DNA from: Ministeria vibrans ATCC 50519
Lineage: Eukaryota; Protista; Filasterea
Direction of reading: 5' to 3'
Assembly: GCA_943704425.1 (NCBI GenBank)
Contig: CALSCP010001726.1
Coordinates: 1-58,157, forward strand
Length of the DNA stretch: 58,157 nt
Under the pieces are notes generated by a model. That model was not told the DNA's origin. It did not search any database and was given only the letters and a program-made list of their open reading frames with translations. A program made the position numbers and the translations under genes. This document shows positions 35,720 through 48,822 of the stretch, piece by piece (within the stretch, counting starts at the first letter, position 1; every line of letters starts with the position of its first letter).

Positions 35720-37159
35720 TCACAAGTCAGACTCATCTTCATCCAAAATGGTGCGGAGACCGTGAGACTGAGTGACATTGTGCGGCTCGACATTCTGTCC
35801 CAACGAACCAAAGGCAAAAAATGGCGAAGAAGCATCACCATTACCGCCACCGCTACCACTACTGTGACTGCCAGTGCGGTTCGAGTGATATGTGCCGTTC
35901 TGTTGCGCGTGTGCGTCTGACGTGTGCTCAAGCAACCCAAACCGACCAAACCCTCCACGCGCCCTCATCCTACCCCTTCCGTCCTCCTCCTCCTCTTCCT
36001 CATCATCATCGTCATCATACTCCTCCTCCTCCTCCTCCTCCTCCTCCTCTTCGCTCACGGTGCTTGACACATACGATGACCGCCGCTCCTTTGGCCGTCG
36101 AGGCCACGACGCTGCTATCTTCTCCTCCACCTCACTCAACGCATATGTATCCGCATCTATAACAAAAAAAAACACAATACCATTGCTATGAGTGGACCGG
36201 GAAAAATATTGCTTCCTCTCGCTCTTTCTTTACTCTTTTCGCGATGAATGTCCAGCAGTCGTCTAAGCATATCATTTTCTTGGTGCAACTGGTAGATTTC
36301 CGTTTCGACTTCATGTTCTTCGTCTTCCTTCTGTGTCAATGCCACCGCAATTACTATCAATTAAAATGGCGACAGACAAAAAAAAATTATGGACTGACAG
36401 GAGAGTATTATTTTGTTGTTGTGTGTACCGTCTTGAAGATCGGAAATGCGTTGGGAGAGCCGATCGCGTTCGCTCTCAAGCCATCTGTTCTTGACACGCT
36501 CCTCTTCAAGCTGCACTCTGAAGTTCTCTTCGGCCAGGCTCTGTTGATCGCGCATTTCCTGAATCTGAAACGTCAGAAGCGAAAAGAGCAAACGATGCAT
36601 AAAAAAAAAAATTGAATGAATGAATGAATGATGAGTATGCTGTTCCCTGCACCAACCTGATGTCTGTGTTTGGTCATGATCATGTCAACAGCGCAGCGGA
36701 ACTCGTCAATAATGTCGCGCAATAGGTTGTTTTCGGCGTGCAGTTCCTGCAGCCACTCTTCGACCGCCGACGCGACATCTTCGTCGCGCTGTCTCTGCTC
36801 ATTCTCGCGCGCTTCGGCGGTTTTCTCTGCACCGCCTGTCGACGTTTGTACAATGTCGGCCTGCACGAGAAGGAAGAAGGCACAGAGCGAGTCAAACAAA
36901 GGAGGGAATGGCGAAAGAGCGTTGGTTGTTCATCGGGATCGAGACGGAGCAATGGCGCGAGGAAGAGCACAGGGAAGGGAAGAAACGGCAAGGGAGGGTC
37001 ACGTACGACTCGGCTCGCAACCGACGAGGGAGTCGAAGCGACAGCACGGCTCACAAGGGCTTCAGCAAACTCTTTCAACGACGACAGTGACGACGTCAAT
37101 AGTCTCGCGTCTCTCGTCAGCTGTTGCGCCAGCGCCGAGTTGGCCGGCGTCGCAGACAT
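35720..37159 (-). CDS. FGFR1OP2/SIKE family coiled-coil protein (STRIPAK component)
   Basis: QLTRDARLL..., LQELHAENNLLRDIIDEFRCAVDMIMTKHRHQ ~ [32 protein letters not shown], and IYQLHQENDMLRRLLDI ~ IFQLEQENKGLREILQI. Acidic C-terminal extension. Confidence 0.78.
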
Positions 37160-37492
37160 GCTAACGAGTGGGATTAAGGAGTTGGAAGAAATAATAATCT
37201 GTTGTGACTTGTGACACTTGTCACTTGATAATTGTAAGGAGTATGAAATGTAAAATGTAATTTGTGAGTAGGAATTGAACTCATTGTTAGTTACAATTCC
37301 AATTTTTCAACTGGTGCCTATCGCGTCACTTGTCTGGCCAACACTCCCAACAGCCAACCTGTATCTGTTTCCTCTCGACGCTTCTGTAGCTTAGAAAGTG
37401 GTTCTGAGGTGTTTGTGTTGTCGCTTTTCGTTTGTGATTGATAATAAATTCTTCATTTGTTCATTATTTTATTCCTATTCATTTGACTTGTT

Positions 37493-37891
37493 ATGAGACT
37501 AGCGTTGGCAGTGCTGATTCTATTCTCGGCAGTCTCATGGGCACAAACAAATACTCGTATGGTGTGCAAATGTTTCGAGTAGACTCTCTCAACTCCTTCT
37601 GTGTGTGCAATAGCGACTCCCACGCCACACGCTGCACACGACGCGACTCCGACTGCCGCACCTACACAGACGCGGGCCACTGCGACTGTTGAGCCGACGC
37701 AAGACGTCCTCTCGCCCTCAGCATCGGCGAGCGGAGTCGAAGTGGCGCGCACCGGCTTCTTTGTGTCGCCTGTCGCCCTCTTTGGCGTTGTCTACGGCTT
37801 TTTTGTCCTCTTTTCCATCGTCTTTGGCTTTGTATGGTGCTACTCTGGGAAGAAGATTGATCAAGCAGCTCAAAAATCCAAATTAAAATAA
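37493..37891 (+). CDS. Small type I membrane protein with T/P/A-rich stalk, 2 exons
   Basis: Exon 1 MRLALAVLILFSAVSWAQTNT is a signal peptide, followed by a GT-AG intron. Exon 2 gives PTPTPHAAHDATPTAAPTQTRATAT..., a TM segment (VALFGVVYGFFVLFSIVFGFVWC) and the tail ...QKSKLK*. Confidence 0.72.
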
Positions 37892-38118
37892 ATTGTATTA
37901 TATGTGTTTATCTTCTCATGGGTGTATCAGTATTCAGTGGGTCTATGGGCTTCTTTCGCGCACATTTTTTGTCTAGAAGTCTACGGCGCAAGTATCGAGC
38001 TGCTCTTTGTTAATTGTTTCACCTTTTGTTTTTGCATAATGTCTTGTTTTGACTTATTATTCATATTCATTTATCATTATAAATTTCACTTTTGTTCAAC
38101 ATCATCATCACTGCGACC

Positions 38119-38900
38119 ATGGAGGCTGTCGATACTATGCTGCAGCCGTTCGCCGACTCCATTGGCTTTCCGGTTGATCAGCTCAAGTAACCCAAAAAAA
38201 AAAGGACACAATCACACACTCTCGTTCTTCACGGAGCACTCCCAGCTGCATACACATGCGGTTGTGCAAAGGCAGACCGTGTCAAACGCGCTTTCCTTTG
38301 CACGTTTTCTTCGTTTCCGATCAGTTTTCCGTTGTTGGGATGATGAGTCACGCCACGAGCGACTCGGACTTGCAGCGCACCCCGCCTGGGCCCCACCCAT
38401 TGACAAACATGGCTACGCATCCGATCGCCTGCAGCAGATCCTCGGGTTCTCTCTAGAATGTCTTCTCATGCTTTTGTCGCGTTTTTTTTTTTTTTTTTTT
38501 TTTTGGCGAATAGGCTCGTGAGCTGTCTGTTGCTCTCCTACCCGCTGGCGTTGATCCACCGTCAACTCCCCAACGCCACCATGAAGCACATCTTTTCGCT
38601 CTTCTTTGGCGTGCTTTACGGAGTCGCATGCTTTGGATTTCGCGGGTAAGCAAAGAGAGTAGCATTGACTCATTGGATAATGCGATCAACTCATTGCTCT
38701 TTATATTTGTATCTCTCTCTATCACTTTGTATCTCTCTCTATCACTTTGTATCTCTCTCCATCACTTTGTATCTTTCTCTATCACTTTGTATCTCTCTCT
38801 ATCACTTTGTATCTCTCTCTATCACTTTGTATCTCTCTCTATCACTTTGTATCTCTCTCTATCACTTTGTATCTCTCTCTATCACTTTGTTTGTTTCTCC

Positions 38901-38993
<93 letters not shown>

Positions 38994-40928
38994 CGGCACA
39001 GAATGGCCCACACCATTGCCATGTCGCTTATCCCGTATGTTTTTGCCCACGTTCCACTTGCGGGCTCCTACTCGCACGTCGTTGCGTTTGTTGTGGTGCT
39101 CCTGTACCTGTTTGCTATGCACACGTACCGCATGATCACCGACTACGGCGGATGGACCATGGATATTACCGGGCCACTCATGCTCATTGCCGTCAAGTCA
39201 TCCGCCTTCGCTTTCAACGTCGCCGACGGCCGCCGTAAATCAACCGAGTTGAGTGCAGAGCAGCAGCGCTATGCCGTCGCGCAAGTCCCATCGCTACTCG
39301 AGTATCTCGGGTTCATCTACTTCTTTGCCGGATTTGTTGCGGGCCCTTCCTTCGAACTCACCGACTACCTCACCCTGTCCAACCGCACCACAGCGACCAC
39401 ACCCCCGCACAGCGCACACATCACTGCCCTTCGTCGACTTCTAACGGGTCTTCTGTGCATGTCTGGTGTCATTCTCAATGGTCAATATCCCTTGTCGCTT
39501 ACGACTCAATCCTTCTTCGTCGACGACTGGTCTTTTCTCCAGCGCTGTGGTTTTGTCTTTTTTTTTGTTTCCCTTCAACGCTTCAAGTACTATTTCGCGT
39601 GGAAACTCGCAGAAGGTACAATTTGACAACGTCAATCACACACGCAATCAATCAATGACGTATTATTTCATTTTTAGGCTCTTGCATTGCTTCTGGTCTG
39701 TGTGTCGAAAAAGACGGTTCTTGCGAAGGTATTATTATTATTAGTATATTAATGGGGTTCTTTTTGATAATAATAGTCATTAAATTATTATTCAGGATAA
39801 ACTGTTGTCGTCTTTCCCATTCTCTCAGAATATGAAACACACAATTCTTATTTCTATTGATTGATTCATTGTTTACTCTGTTGACACATTTTGTTTTGAA
39901 CTCACACACAATTTTGTATGTTTCATCATCTCTTTAGGAATCACAAACATTAACATTTTGGGTGTTGAGTTTTCAACGTCATTCAAGGGCATTGCGGACA
40001 ATTGGAACATTGGCATTGCAAAGTGGTTGAAACGCTACATTTACTTGCGACTCAGTCCCTCTGGAAAAAATGTAAGAGAGAGAGAGAAAGAGAGGAGGGA
40101 GAGCGAAGCAAAGCGATAAAAAAAGAAAAAAATAACAAAATGTAGAGAGTTGCATATTAATTTTATTATTATAATAATTTTATATTATTTTATTTATTAT
40201 TTATTATTGCTGTGTTTTTTGTGGTTTAGGTTCCTCTGTCGACCACTGTGACTACCTACCTAACATCTGCGTTTTGGCATGGGCCGTACCCTGGTTATGC
40301 GCTCTTCTTTGGGTTGGCTGTAAGTCACGCTCTGTCACACTGTCAATTCACTATCACTCATTCAATCACTCATTCAATGTCACTCATTCAATCGCTCATT
40401 CAATGTCACTCATTCAATCACTCATAAAAATTTCATGTCACTCATCCACTACCTCTCACTCACTCTCTTCTCTCATTAGGCTGTCATCACTGATCTTGCC
40501 CGTTCGCTTCGTCGCCATTTGCGTCCTTTCGTCATGAAGGTAGATTATTGATGCACCTTTGACACCTGAATTAATGATTGTTTGCGGTTTGGGTTGTCAC
40601 AGGCGGACGGAAAGACCCCCAAGAGCATTAAGCCGCTGTATGATATTGCTGGCTGGGCCCTCTCCATCTTCTGTCTCAACTACGCCGCGGTGCCCTTTGT
40701 GCTTCTCAACATTGACGACTCCCGTACGATCATAGCTAGCCCAATTGACGTCCCGAAAGACACAAGAGGATTCGAACCCTAACCCTATCTATGTTCTGTT
40801 CTTTTCCAGTCACGTACTACTCGGCGATGAAGTACTGCGTTCACATTGGTTTGGTCATTGTCTTCATTCTCTACAAGTTCCTTGGGTTTGGTCGCATTGG
40901 TGTTACCAAAGTCAAAAAGACCCAATAA
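38119..40928 (+). CDS. MBOAT family lysophospholipid acyltransferase (Ale1/MBOAT1-2/LPCAT-like)
   Basis: GGWTMDITGPLML...K, PSLLEYLGFIYFFAGFVAGPSFE, RFKYYFAWKLAEG, WNIGIAKWLKRYIYLRL, catalytic SAFWHG, C-terminal KKTQ*. Confidence 0.93.
38705..38990 (+). repeat. 20-bp minisatellite (ATCTCTCTCTATCACTTTGT)n followed by (CT)n in an MBOAT intron
   Basis: Directly visible. Confidence 0.92.
40345..40426 (+). repeat. (TCACTCATTCAA)-type tandem repeat in an MBOAT intron
   Basis: About 6 imperfect 12-14 bp copies. Confidence 0.8.
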
Positions 40929-41153
40929 AAATTTGCTTTGGATGGATTGAGATCTTTTCCAGTTGTTCAAGCTCCCTCTCATAGCTTCTTACTCTGTGGT
41001 TCTGAGTTGCTTGCAAATTGTCGATTTAATTTTTTTATCTTTGACATACTATTATTCACTTTATTTGTACAAGAGCGAAAGAGAAAGAAACAAAACTTGA
41101 AAGATAGAAGCAGCGGTACGAAAAGAGACCACCATAAGCAAAAACCACACAGA

Positions 41154-41741
41154 CTACAGTGCTACTGAAAGACCATTGTCTTCAGGTAATTTTGCCGCCA
41201 TCACAGAGCTTGCCCGAAAACTAGCACGTAATCGAGACTGAACGGAAGTTTCGTGAGCGGGAGTTTCGGGAATGAGAGCGCTAAAGTCATAGGAGCTGAG
41301 AGCAGTCTCAAGTTGATTGGGGAGAGGGGAAAAACGGTAAAAGAAGGAGGAGTCGTGAAAGTGATGTTCACAGCGAACGTGATGCAGGAGACCGCCACGG
41401 ACAAGATTGCGCCCAAACTCGACTGCCTGCGCGCGTGTTTTGGCGAGTTCCTTGAAAATAAGCCAGTTGACAAGCTCGTGGCCCGTTAAGACTTGTTTGT
41501 AGCGATTGAAGCGACGGTTTCGACAGAGCGTCGAAGTGCATTCGGAGTAGAATGGGATGAACTGGCGACAGTCGCGTGTGATGTCGTTGAGTACGGCGAC
41601 GTCCCATCCAACGCCAGGCATCTCAACCACTTCAGTGTCTAGAGTACAGTGTAGCATATGTGAATGAGCATGATAGAGACAGTGCAACACAGGGTGTCTG
41701 GATACAAAAACATGAGGTGCATACACACAAGTAGATAAAAT

Positions 41742-41778
<37 letters not shown>

Positions 41779-44570
41779 GATTAAGTATGTGTGAAACGAC
41801 CTTCATACCAAAGATCTTGTGACGAATGCGAGCGGAGAGAGAACGTAGAAACTTGTAAGGGAATTCAGTGAGATGTTGATCGAGTCCAAAGACAAAGAAG
41901 GAGACAATGCCACAGGCGTAAAGCAAGGCATAGTGGAAGAAAGCAACCTGTGTGACAGAAAACAGTCAATTAGACACACACACACATATATATATATATA
42001 TTCATAATAATTAATTGACAGATCGGATTGATAAGAGTCATACTTCAACTTGAACAGCGGAGAGATCGGGACGAGAGAGGGTCCAGACCTGATCAAAAAA
42101 TGCCAAGGCAGTAACAATCATTGTGTAGACGGCAACGGCAACCATGCGCAGTCGCATATTCCACCGATTGTGCATGAGAATTGCATGGTCGTCTTTGGGG
42201 TCCATATTATACACTTGCGGCTGCGGCTGTTGTGACTGCAACTGCGTTTGTGTTTGTGTTTGAGTTTGTGGTGGAGGTGCACCCACTGGAGTGGTTGCTT
42301 CTTCGAATGTGAGCTCCTGTCTGCTAAGCAGACTCTCACCAGACTCTTTCTCTTCTTCATCGCCATACAGCGATTCTTCTTGGTCAGCAAGCAGTGGTGC
42401 TTCTCGATCGCCCATTTGAAACTCACGCATGTGCTGTTCATGATGGTGATGTACCGCACGGAACACGCCCACAAGCGCACCGCAAGTGGTGGCAAAGTAG
42501 ATTACTGAGAGCACAAGCGACGCAATGCTCTTACTTGTCCCGTAGCGATACCAACACCATAGGTTGGGCGTGTGATCAAACGGAGCGCTCTGTGTGAGAG
42601 TCACAGTAGCAATGAGGGGTACCCCCCAACAGAACAAATGGTACACTTTGAGTGCGCGTTTGCATGCGCGAATGCCACTGTGCGCCATAATAGCCATGTT
42701 GACTGCAAGTGCGGCACTCCACGCAAACACACTCTGGGCAAAAAAGAAGTTGACCGCAAACGTGATGGGATGCGAGCTGAAAGCCTGACAGAAGGAACTG
42801 GCAAGTGACAGGCCAAACTGGGCAAGTACAAGACAAAAGAGAGGGTGGAACAGCGGACGGCCAATGCGACGGGAACAGATCAGTAGCACAAGCAGGACCA
42901 GTGTGAAAAAGAGAGAGGTATAGCCAATGGTGAGAGTGCCATCGACAAGCGCAGTGTACGTTGAATGTGTCGATGGAGAGCTTAGCAGAGAGGCGCTGAG
43001 AAATAGAATGGGGCACGCCAGTGATGTCGAGAGGACAATGCCAAATGCAATAGCAGCCGGTGAGGTCAGAGGGCCGCCCAAATCGCGCGAGAACACAATC
43101 AGAGTAGGCGCAGTGGGCAGAGTCCCATACACAAAGGCAAAGTCCGCCAACGCATCGTTCCCACTAGTCTGATTCGCACTCACTACTGTGCTGTTCACTG
43201 TTCCACTGTGTGTCGTTGGGTTGGTTGAAAGCAGTGTGACAAATTGTCGAGTTAAAATTGGCATTAAAAGTCCTAAAGAGTAAGTGCGATTGCTTTGAGT
43301 GATTGTTTTGCGATCGTGTCTTGTTTGTTTACTGCTCATTCTGACCTTGAAGAAGCACCAAAATAACAATTAATAGAAGTTTTGAACGTGGGAAATTGGA
43401 AAACTTCCCAACCATTGAGAAACCCAGCGAAAACAGAGCGAGAGCTACAAAACAAAACGCACAATCAACAAACAAACACACAAAATGAAAAGAAAACTAA
43501 TAGTTTACCGGCAAATGCATTTGCAAGTTCAGTGAGAAGCGAGTTAATGACGGGCGGAAGATTGTGACTGAATGCTAGGTTTCCAAATATCCCAAATATA
43601 GTCTGTACAAAGGACACAACATTGATAATAATAATAAGTATTATTATTAGTATAATTATAATAATAATAATAATTTATAAATTGAAGACTCGTCTTTGTA
43701 GGTCGTACCATAAACACGATTGGATTTGCGAGAACCCCCAAAATGTTTTTGCGGACAATGAGCTTCCAGTTGAAGGCGTTTCGGTCAGCTTCAGTCTCGT
43801 TTGTGCGGTCGCGTCCGTAGTGTTTTCCATATTCCATCAGACAGTATCCGATCTGAAGGGGAAAGGAGTTGAGAGGAAACGAAAGACTCCCGAGATGGAG
43901 CTTACTGGGTTGAGAAGAACAAGACTGATCGGAGCGACAACAAAGATATTGGAAGCGTAATTGGGATGAGATGCACCGAAGAGTGATTGGATGACTAAAA
44001 AGACGTGGTAAGAGGGACAATGTTTGTGTATGGGCCAACGTGTCGCGTTCTCTCGTACCTGGCAGGCCGAACGCAAGGTCGTTGGACTGACTGGCAAATA
44101 TTGCACGTATACCTGCCTGTGAGAACTTCGCCGGCGACCGACGGTCCGTCAGGAGCGTCACAACGAGAGTGCCGAAAAACAGAATGGACTGCGAGCGAAG
44201 GTCAGTCTAGTCTCTCTGTGCGTCCTGCTGCGAGTGATTGGAGGCATACCTTGGAAATGAGAACGGCCAGGACAAAGTCGACTTCGATGGTAGCAAGCGA
44301 AATGGTCGCCATCGCCTGAAAGAGCAGCGCCGGAAGGGCAATGGTGGCGGTAAACTTGGAGATGCCGCCAATCATGTCGTCGGTGATGATGCCCGCCCGG
44401 CCCATGCAGTACCCAAGGATGATGGCGCCAAAGGTCTACGCAAACGAGCGCAGGTGTGAGCAAGGTGATGGTCGAGAGGGAGGGAGAGAGGGAGAGGGAG
44501 AGAGGGATGGGACCTCGACAATGGCGGGGGCAAGATTCGCAATGGCGTCGTCGCCATCAGAATCAGGCAT
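41154..44570 (-). CDS. GPR155: GPR155/LYCHOS homolog: PIN-like transporter domain + GPCR-like TMs + DEP domain
   Basis: NLAPAIVETFGAIILGY...ALPALLFQAM, AIFASQSNDLAFGLP, FVYGTLPTAPT, YHLFCWGVPL, GIVSFFVFGLD, and DEP-like GHELVNWL..ELAKTRAQAVEFGRNLVRGGLLHHVRCEHHFHDSSFFYRF. Confidence 0.9.
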
Positions 44571-44745
44571 TGGAACGGAGACGCAGCGGGGTGAGGTCTA
44601 CAAGGGGAGGACAAGGCCGCCTTGTGCCAAGTACGTAGGAAAGCGACTGAGTTGTGAGTAGTCAAAGTGAGTTGTGTGACTTGACCTTGTGAGTCAACAT
44701 TGACTATTGACTAATGAGTTTGCACTGAGTTTGAATGCTCGCGTT

Positions 44746-45813
44746 TTATTTTGCTTGCATTGCATCACCCCCCAATGGAAGATCCACACTCCTCCTCATC
44801 CTCTTTCTCCTTTTTTGCAAACGGCGCACTAATCGCTCGTCATCACTGTCGTCGTCGTCTCGTCTCTTTTGTTTGAGCGATGCTTCAAGCCAACCAGATG
44901 CCTTGGCAACCGCCACTTGGCCATTTATCATCTTGGGTATTTGTCCCAATATGGTGTGCCCACGTTCGTGTGGGGTAGGTTTGTGGAGTGAGAGAGAGAC
45001 CAACAGTGGATCGTGTTCAGACGAGTAGGGTTCAATAGGGACATCGAGTGCAGCACAGAGCTCTTCCAGCACACTATCACATGAGCGATCATGTACTACA
45101 AGGTGCGCTGTGCGGTCTTTGCAGGTTGCCTCTTGATTTACAATGACCACTTTGGGTGGTTCAGTGCGCGCGAGCGTGGCCGGTGCGACATAACACCCTT
45201 CCACAATACCTGTCCTCGCTTGAAAGGCACGCTCTGTCGCCTCGTCACCCCACAGAGGATAGGACTTGAGCACCGTGCAACTGGAGCCCAGCACAACGAT
45301 CAAATCGGCACGGCGCGCCGCCGCAACGGCACACGACCAGTTGAGCGTGCGCGGCGAGCGATCGCGTCCAACTTCCCCAAAATGCACAATGGTGTCCACA
45401 AGGCAGCTGTTGCACGCGGCACACCGTCGTGCAGTGCAGTGCGTACCACCCACAGACGTCCTGCGCGTCGTGTCAAATCGCTGGTACACCTCAATACGAC
45501 ATTGCCGACAGAACTCAACAAACATATTGCCGTGGACCTCACTCAGACGCTGTCGGTCGACACCGCTGCGCAAATGAAGCCCATCACAGTTCTGCGAGAC
45601 CACATGGTGCACAAATCCACGTCGAACTAGCGAGGAGAGTGCCATATGAGCGATTGTGGGCGAAACTCGAACGCAGTCGACTGCGCCTGTGTTCTGCGTT
45701 TGATAGAGGCCGTTGGTGCTCCTAAAGTCAGGAACACCCGATGCGGTCGATATCCCGGCCCCTGTGCAAACGAGAACACACTTGGCGTTGCAGACGAGAG
45801 CAGCCAGACTCAT
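44746..45813 (-). CDS. SIRT7: Class IV sirtuin, SIRT7-like, single exon
   Basis: TGAGISTASGVPDFRS, PTIAHMAL, VVSQNCDGLHLRSG, SEVHGNMFVEFC, zinc-binding Cys pairs, DTIVHFGE, LGSS. The QNCDG variant is SIRT7-like. Confidence 0.85.
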   Translation of the reverse strand: MSLAALVCNAKCVLVCTGAGISTASGVPDFRSTNGLYQTQNTGAVDCVRVSPTIAHMALSSLVRRGFVHHVVSQNCDGLHLRSGVDRQRLSEVHGNMFVEFCRQCRIEVYQRFDTTRRTSVGGTHCTARRCAACNSCLVDTIVHFGEVGRDRSPRTLNWSCAVAAARRADLIVVLGSSCTVLKSYPLWGDEATERAFQARTGIVEGCYVAPATLARTEPPKVVIVNQEATCKDRTAHLVVHDRSCDSVLEELCAALDVPIEPYSSEHDPLLVSLSLHKPTPHERGHTILGQIPKMINGQVAVAKASGWLEASLKQKRRDDDDSDDERLVRRLQKRRKRMRRSVDLPLGGDAMQAK

Positions 45814-46126
45814 TTTGTTTGTTTTTCTGATATCGAGAACTTCCCAAAGAAAGAGAAGGACTGGTGGCGGACGGTTTTAGTCAGAAGTGGCGTCAAATGT
45901 GTCAATGTGGTCTAGAGAGAAAAAAGGTAACACACAAATTTTCAATTATTATTATTAGAAGAAGACTTCTAATAATTCTATTTTAATTAATCGAATATCG
46001 ATTGACTCTGTAATTATGTGGTAATTAATGACGCTCAAACGTTCACTTCGAACAGTAAGAGTGGAACACAATGCGGATGAATTAAAGTAAATGGTAATAT
46101 TGGTGGGGAGTTCACGCACAGTTTGG

Positions 46127-48234
46127 TTACAAGGCCAAAACAGAGAGAGACGACCCAACAGCTTTGGCATAGAGATAGCCTAAGAGATGAGTGACAAAGA
46201 GCAAAAGGGACGTCCAGAAGAGGGCATAGTTCAGGAGGGCCTTGGTGACGAGTGCGGCGAGATGAGCTGCATCTGCTGACTGGGCTGGGGCAAACATTGT
46301 CGAGGGGGCACTCACTGCACTCCATCTAAGCAATTCAAAGGGGGGTGAGAGTGCGTCAGTATGTGTGTGCATGTGTTCAATTGAGTATGAATCTGATGGA
46401 CTGTGACAGAAAAAAAATGCGTTGAATAACATAATGGAGATTCATGTGATGAAAGATTCATTTTAGTCAGTGTTTTCACAATCACATGAATACAATAAAG
46501 AACAATCCAAAGTCAGTGTACCTTAATTGAGAATTCATTTTAAGGCTGATCGCAATGCTCAACAAAAGAGAGATAGAGCCAATATATTGAATGCCAACGA
46601 CAAACATATAGAGCATAATTGAAGAAATCTACTTATAAAAAGTGAATTGTGAGTGATTTTTGAAATACGGTTCTTTTGATCGGAAAAGTTACTCTTGATC
46701 GGAGTTTTGCAGTGTAGATTCTCCCTTTTGACTGTTGGATCACTTTTAATCGACGAAAAGCCGTATTAAAATACCCTGAAAAACCAAAGAATAATAATTA
46801 TTATTATTGTTATTATTATTATTACTAACCTTGAGAGTAGTCTTTGAAAAGAGCAAAACGTAAGAGCGCAAAAAGAAGAACAAAAACAGTGCGAAATTGA
46901 GTTTGAGAGTCGAAATCAAACCCATAGTGATTCTCAATGAGACTCACAATTGGTTTGAGATACGAAACGCAAATAAAAAGCGGGAACAGAAAGTTCAAAT
47001 GCAAAAGAAACCTATAAAAAAACGTACGCAAATTTTACGACTCAGTAGATAATACTAAGTAGATTACTGTTTGAAAGAGTTCGTTTGAGGGGAACTGAGA
47101 GCGGAAAGATACGAATCGCCAAAACGGATTCCGGGAAAAGTGAGAATAGTTCCCAAGAGACCAGAAGAAATCGCAATGTAGAGCTAAGTAGAGAGATTGG
47201 TTGGTTAAGGAAAAGTGATTGTTATGCCATCGAAGAGAGAAAAACAAAGTGATAGAGGGAGAAACAAGCAACGGAGAGGGAGAAGCATATGATGAAGAGA
47301 AGGAGAGAGAAGAAAGAAGCAAGTGATGAAGAGAATTAAGAGAGGAAAAAAAAAGAAGTCTGTTTGAGACAAGTGATTAAAAACACAATCACTGTCGCAA
47401 TACCCATTACCCTTTTAACGTCTTCGTACCTTATAGCGAACAAAGGAAGAGGGAACAAGAGAGAGCAAAAATGAGTCAGAATCGACAAGAGAGGACAAAC
47501 GGACGCGCGAGACATTGAGAAGAGTTTCAAGGGCCGCATCGAGTTGAAACGTGAAGAGAGATTCGTTTTGGATGAGAATGGCAGTGGAGAGAAGGAAACA
47601 CGTGAAGCCCGTGACAAACGCAATTGCAAACTCATAACTGAGCACAGTGTAACTAAAGTGGGCTATTAGTGTTTTTTTCTTCTTCTGAATTGTGTCGTTT
47701 GTTTTGATTACTTGAAGAGCACTGAGAGGAGAGAGACAAGAGAGAAAATGGTAACGGCGGCTGCTGCGTAACCCGCAAAGGCCAATTGGGAGTGAGGATC
47801 CGAGGCAAAAAAGCGAAAGTAGAGTTCGGTGAGAGCAAAGTTGACAGTAACAATGAGAGTCGCGTGCAAAAGATAGTCGAATGGAGTGTGCATGGGCAGA
47901 CGCGCCAGACCCCTGTCAGTACACAAAAAGAAGAATGAGAGTGAGTGTGTGGCATGATGATGGTGGTGGTGTTGTCAAACCGTCCTCAACGTCAAANNNN
48001 NNNNNNGGGGGGGGGGGGGGATGAGGAGGAGGAGGAGGAGGAGGAAGGTTACGGGTCGTTTCGGGCGATCATGCTGGGGGCGAGTGTGACTGGCGCACTG
48101 CACGGGATGGTCGGGTGGTCGGGCGCCTCCTCGTGTGCCAGCGCCGCCCTGGTGCCTGTGGACGGATGGCAAGCAGAGACACAGTTGAAGAAAGGGTGTG
48201 CAGAGGCGAGCAGTGGAAGCGAGAGAGAGAACAG

Positions 48235-48268
<34 letters not shown>

Positions 48269-48532
48269 CGTGCTTAGTGCAAAATGACTGATCATGCTCT
48301 CACCTTGATTTCGGCGTCGTCTGGACGAACCAGCGAGAACGGAGTTTGCCGAGACAGACACGCCATTTGTGCCGCCTGAACCAACCATCTCACGCAGCTC
48401 GGCATCCTCGGGAACAAGGTGGAAGACGAGTCCGGCGAAGAGACGACAATGCGCGTCAATGAAACGATGCAGACGCGCCACTACAAAGCTAGTGATCACC
48501 AACAGGGTGAGTTGGACTCCAAGAAGAGCCAT
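46127..48532 (-). CDS. TMEM161: TMEM161 family membrane protein, multi-exon; N gap lies in an intron
   Basis: MALLGVQLTLLVI...PEDAELREMVG, LGTILTFPGIRFG, FLLHLNFLFPLFI, VVGIQY, C-terminal LLNYALFWT...LLGYLY. Confidence 0.85.
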
Positions 48533-48822
48533 GCTAGTGACGACACGAGACAGAGAAAATGAGGAGAGCTAAACAATTATGATTGTGCAATATTCATTAT
48601 TGTTTCATTTAGTATTACAACAATTACCTCTTTACTCAACAGAATAATATAAAGAAGGGGAAAAGTAATGTTACATATGAGTGACTGAGTGCTAAATAGG
48701 CGGAACCGCCCGAACGTGGAGCGGCATAGACTAATCACTTAATGTTATATCTTAACTCTTGACTCTTAAATGAATATTAATTTTTCAGAATTCTTTGAAT
48801 ATTCTGTATCACACGAGTAACG

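Noticed and set aside
38338-38430. Box C-like ATGATGA in MBOAT intron 1 (possible C/D snoRNA)
   Set aside because: No convincing CTGA D box, terminal stem or recognisable rRNA guide.
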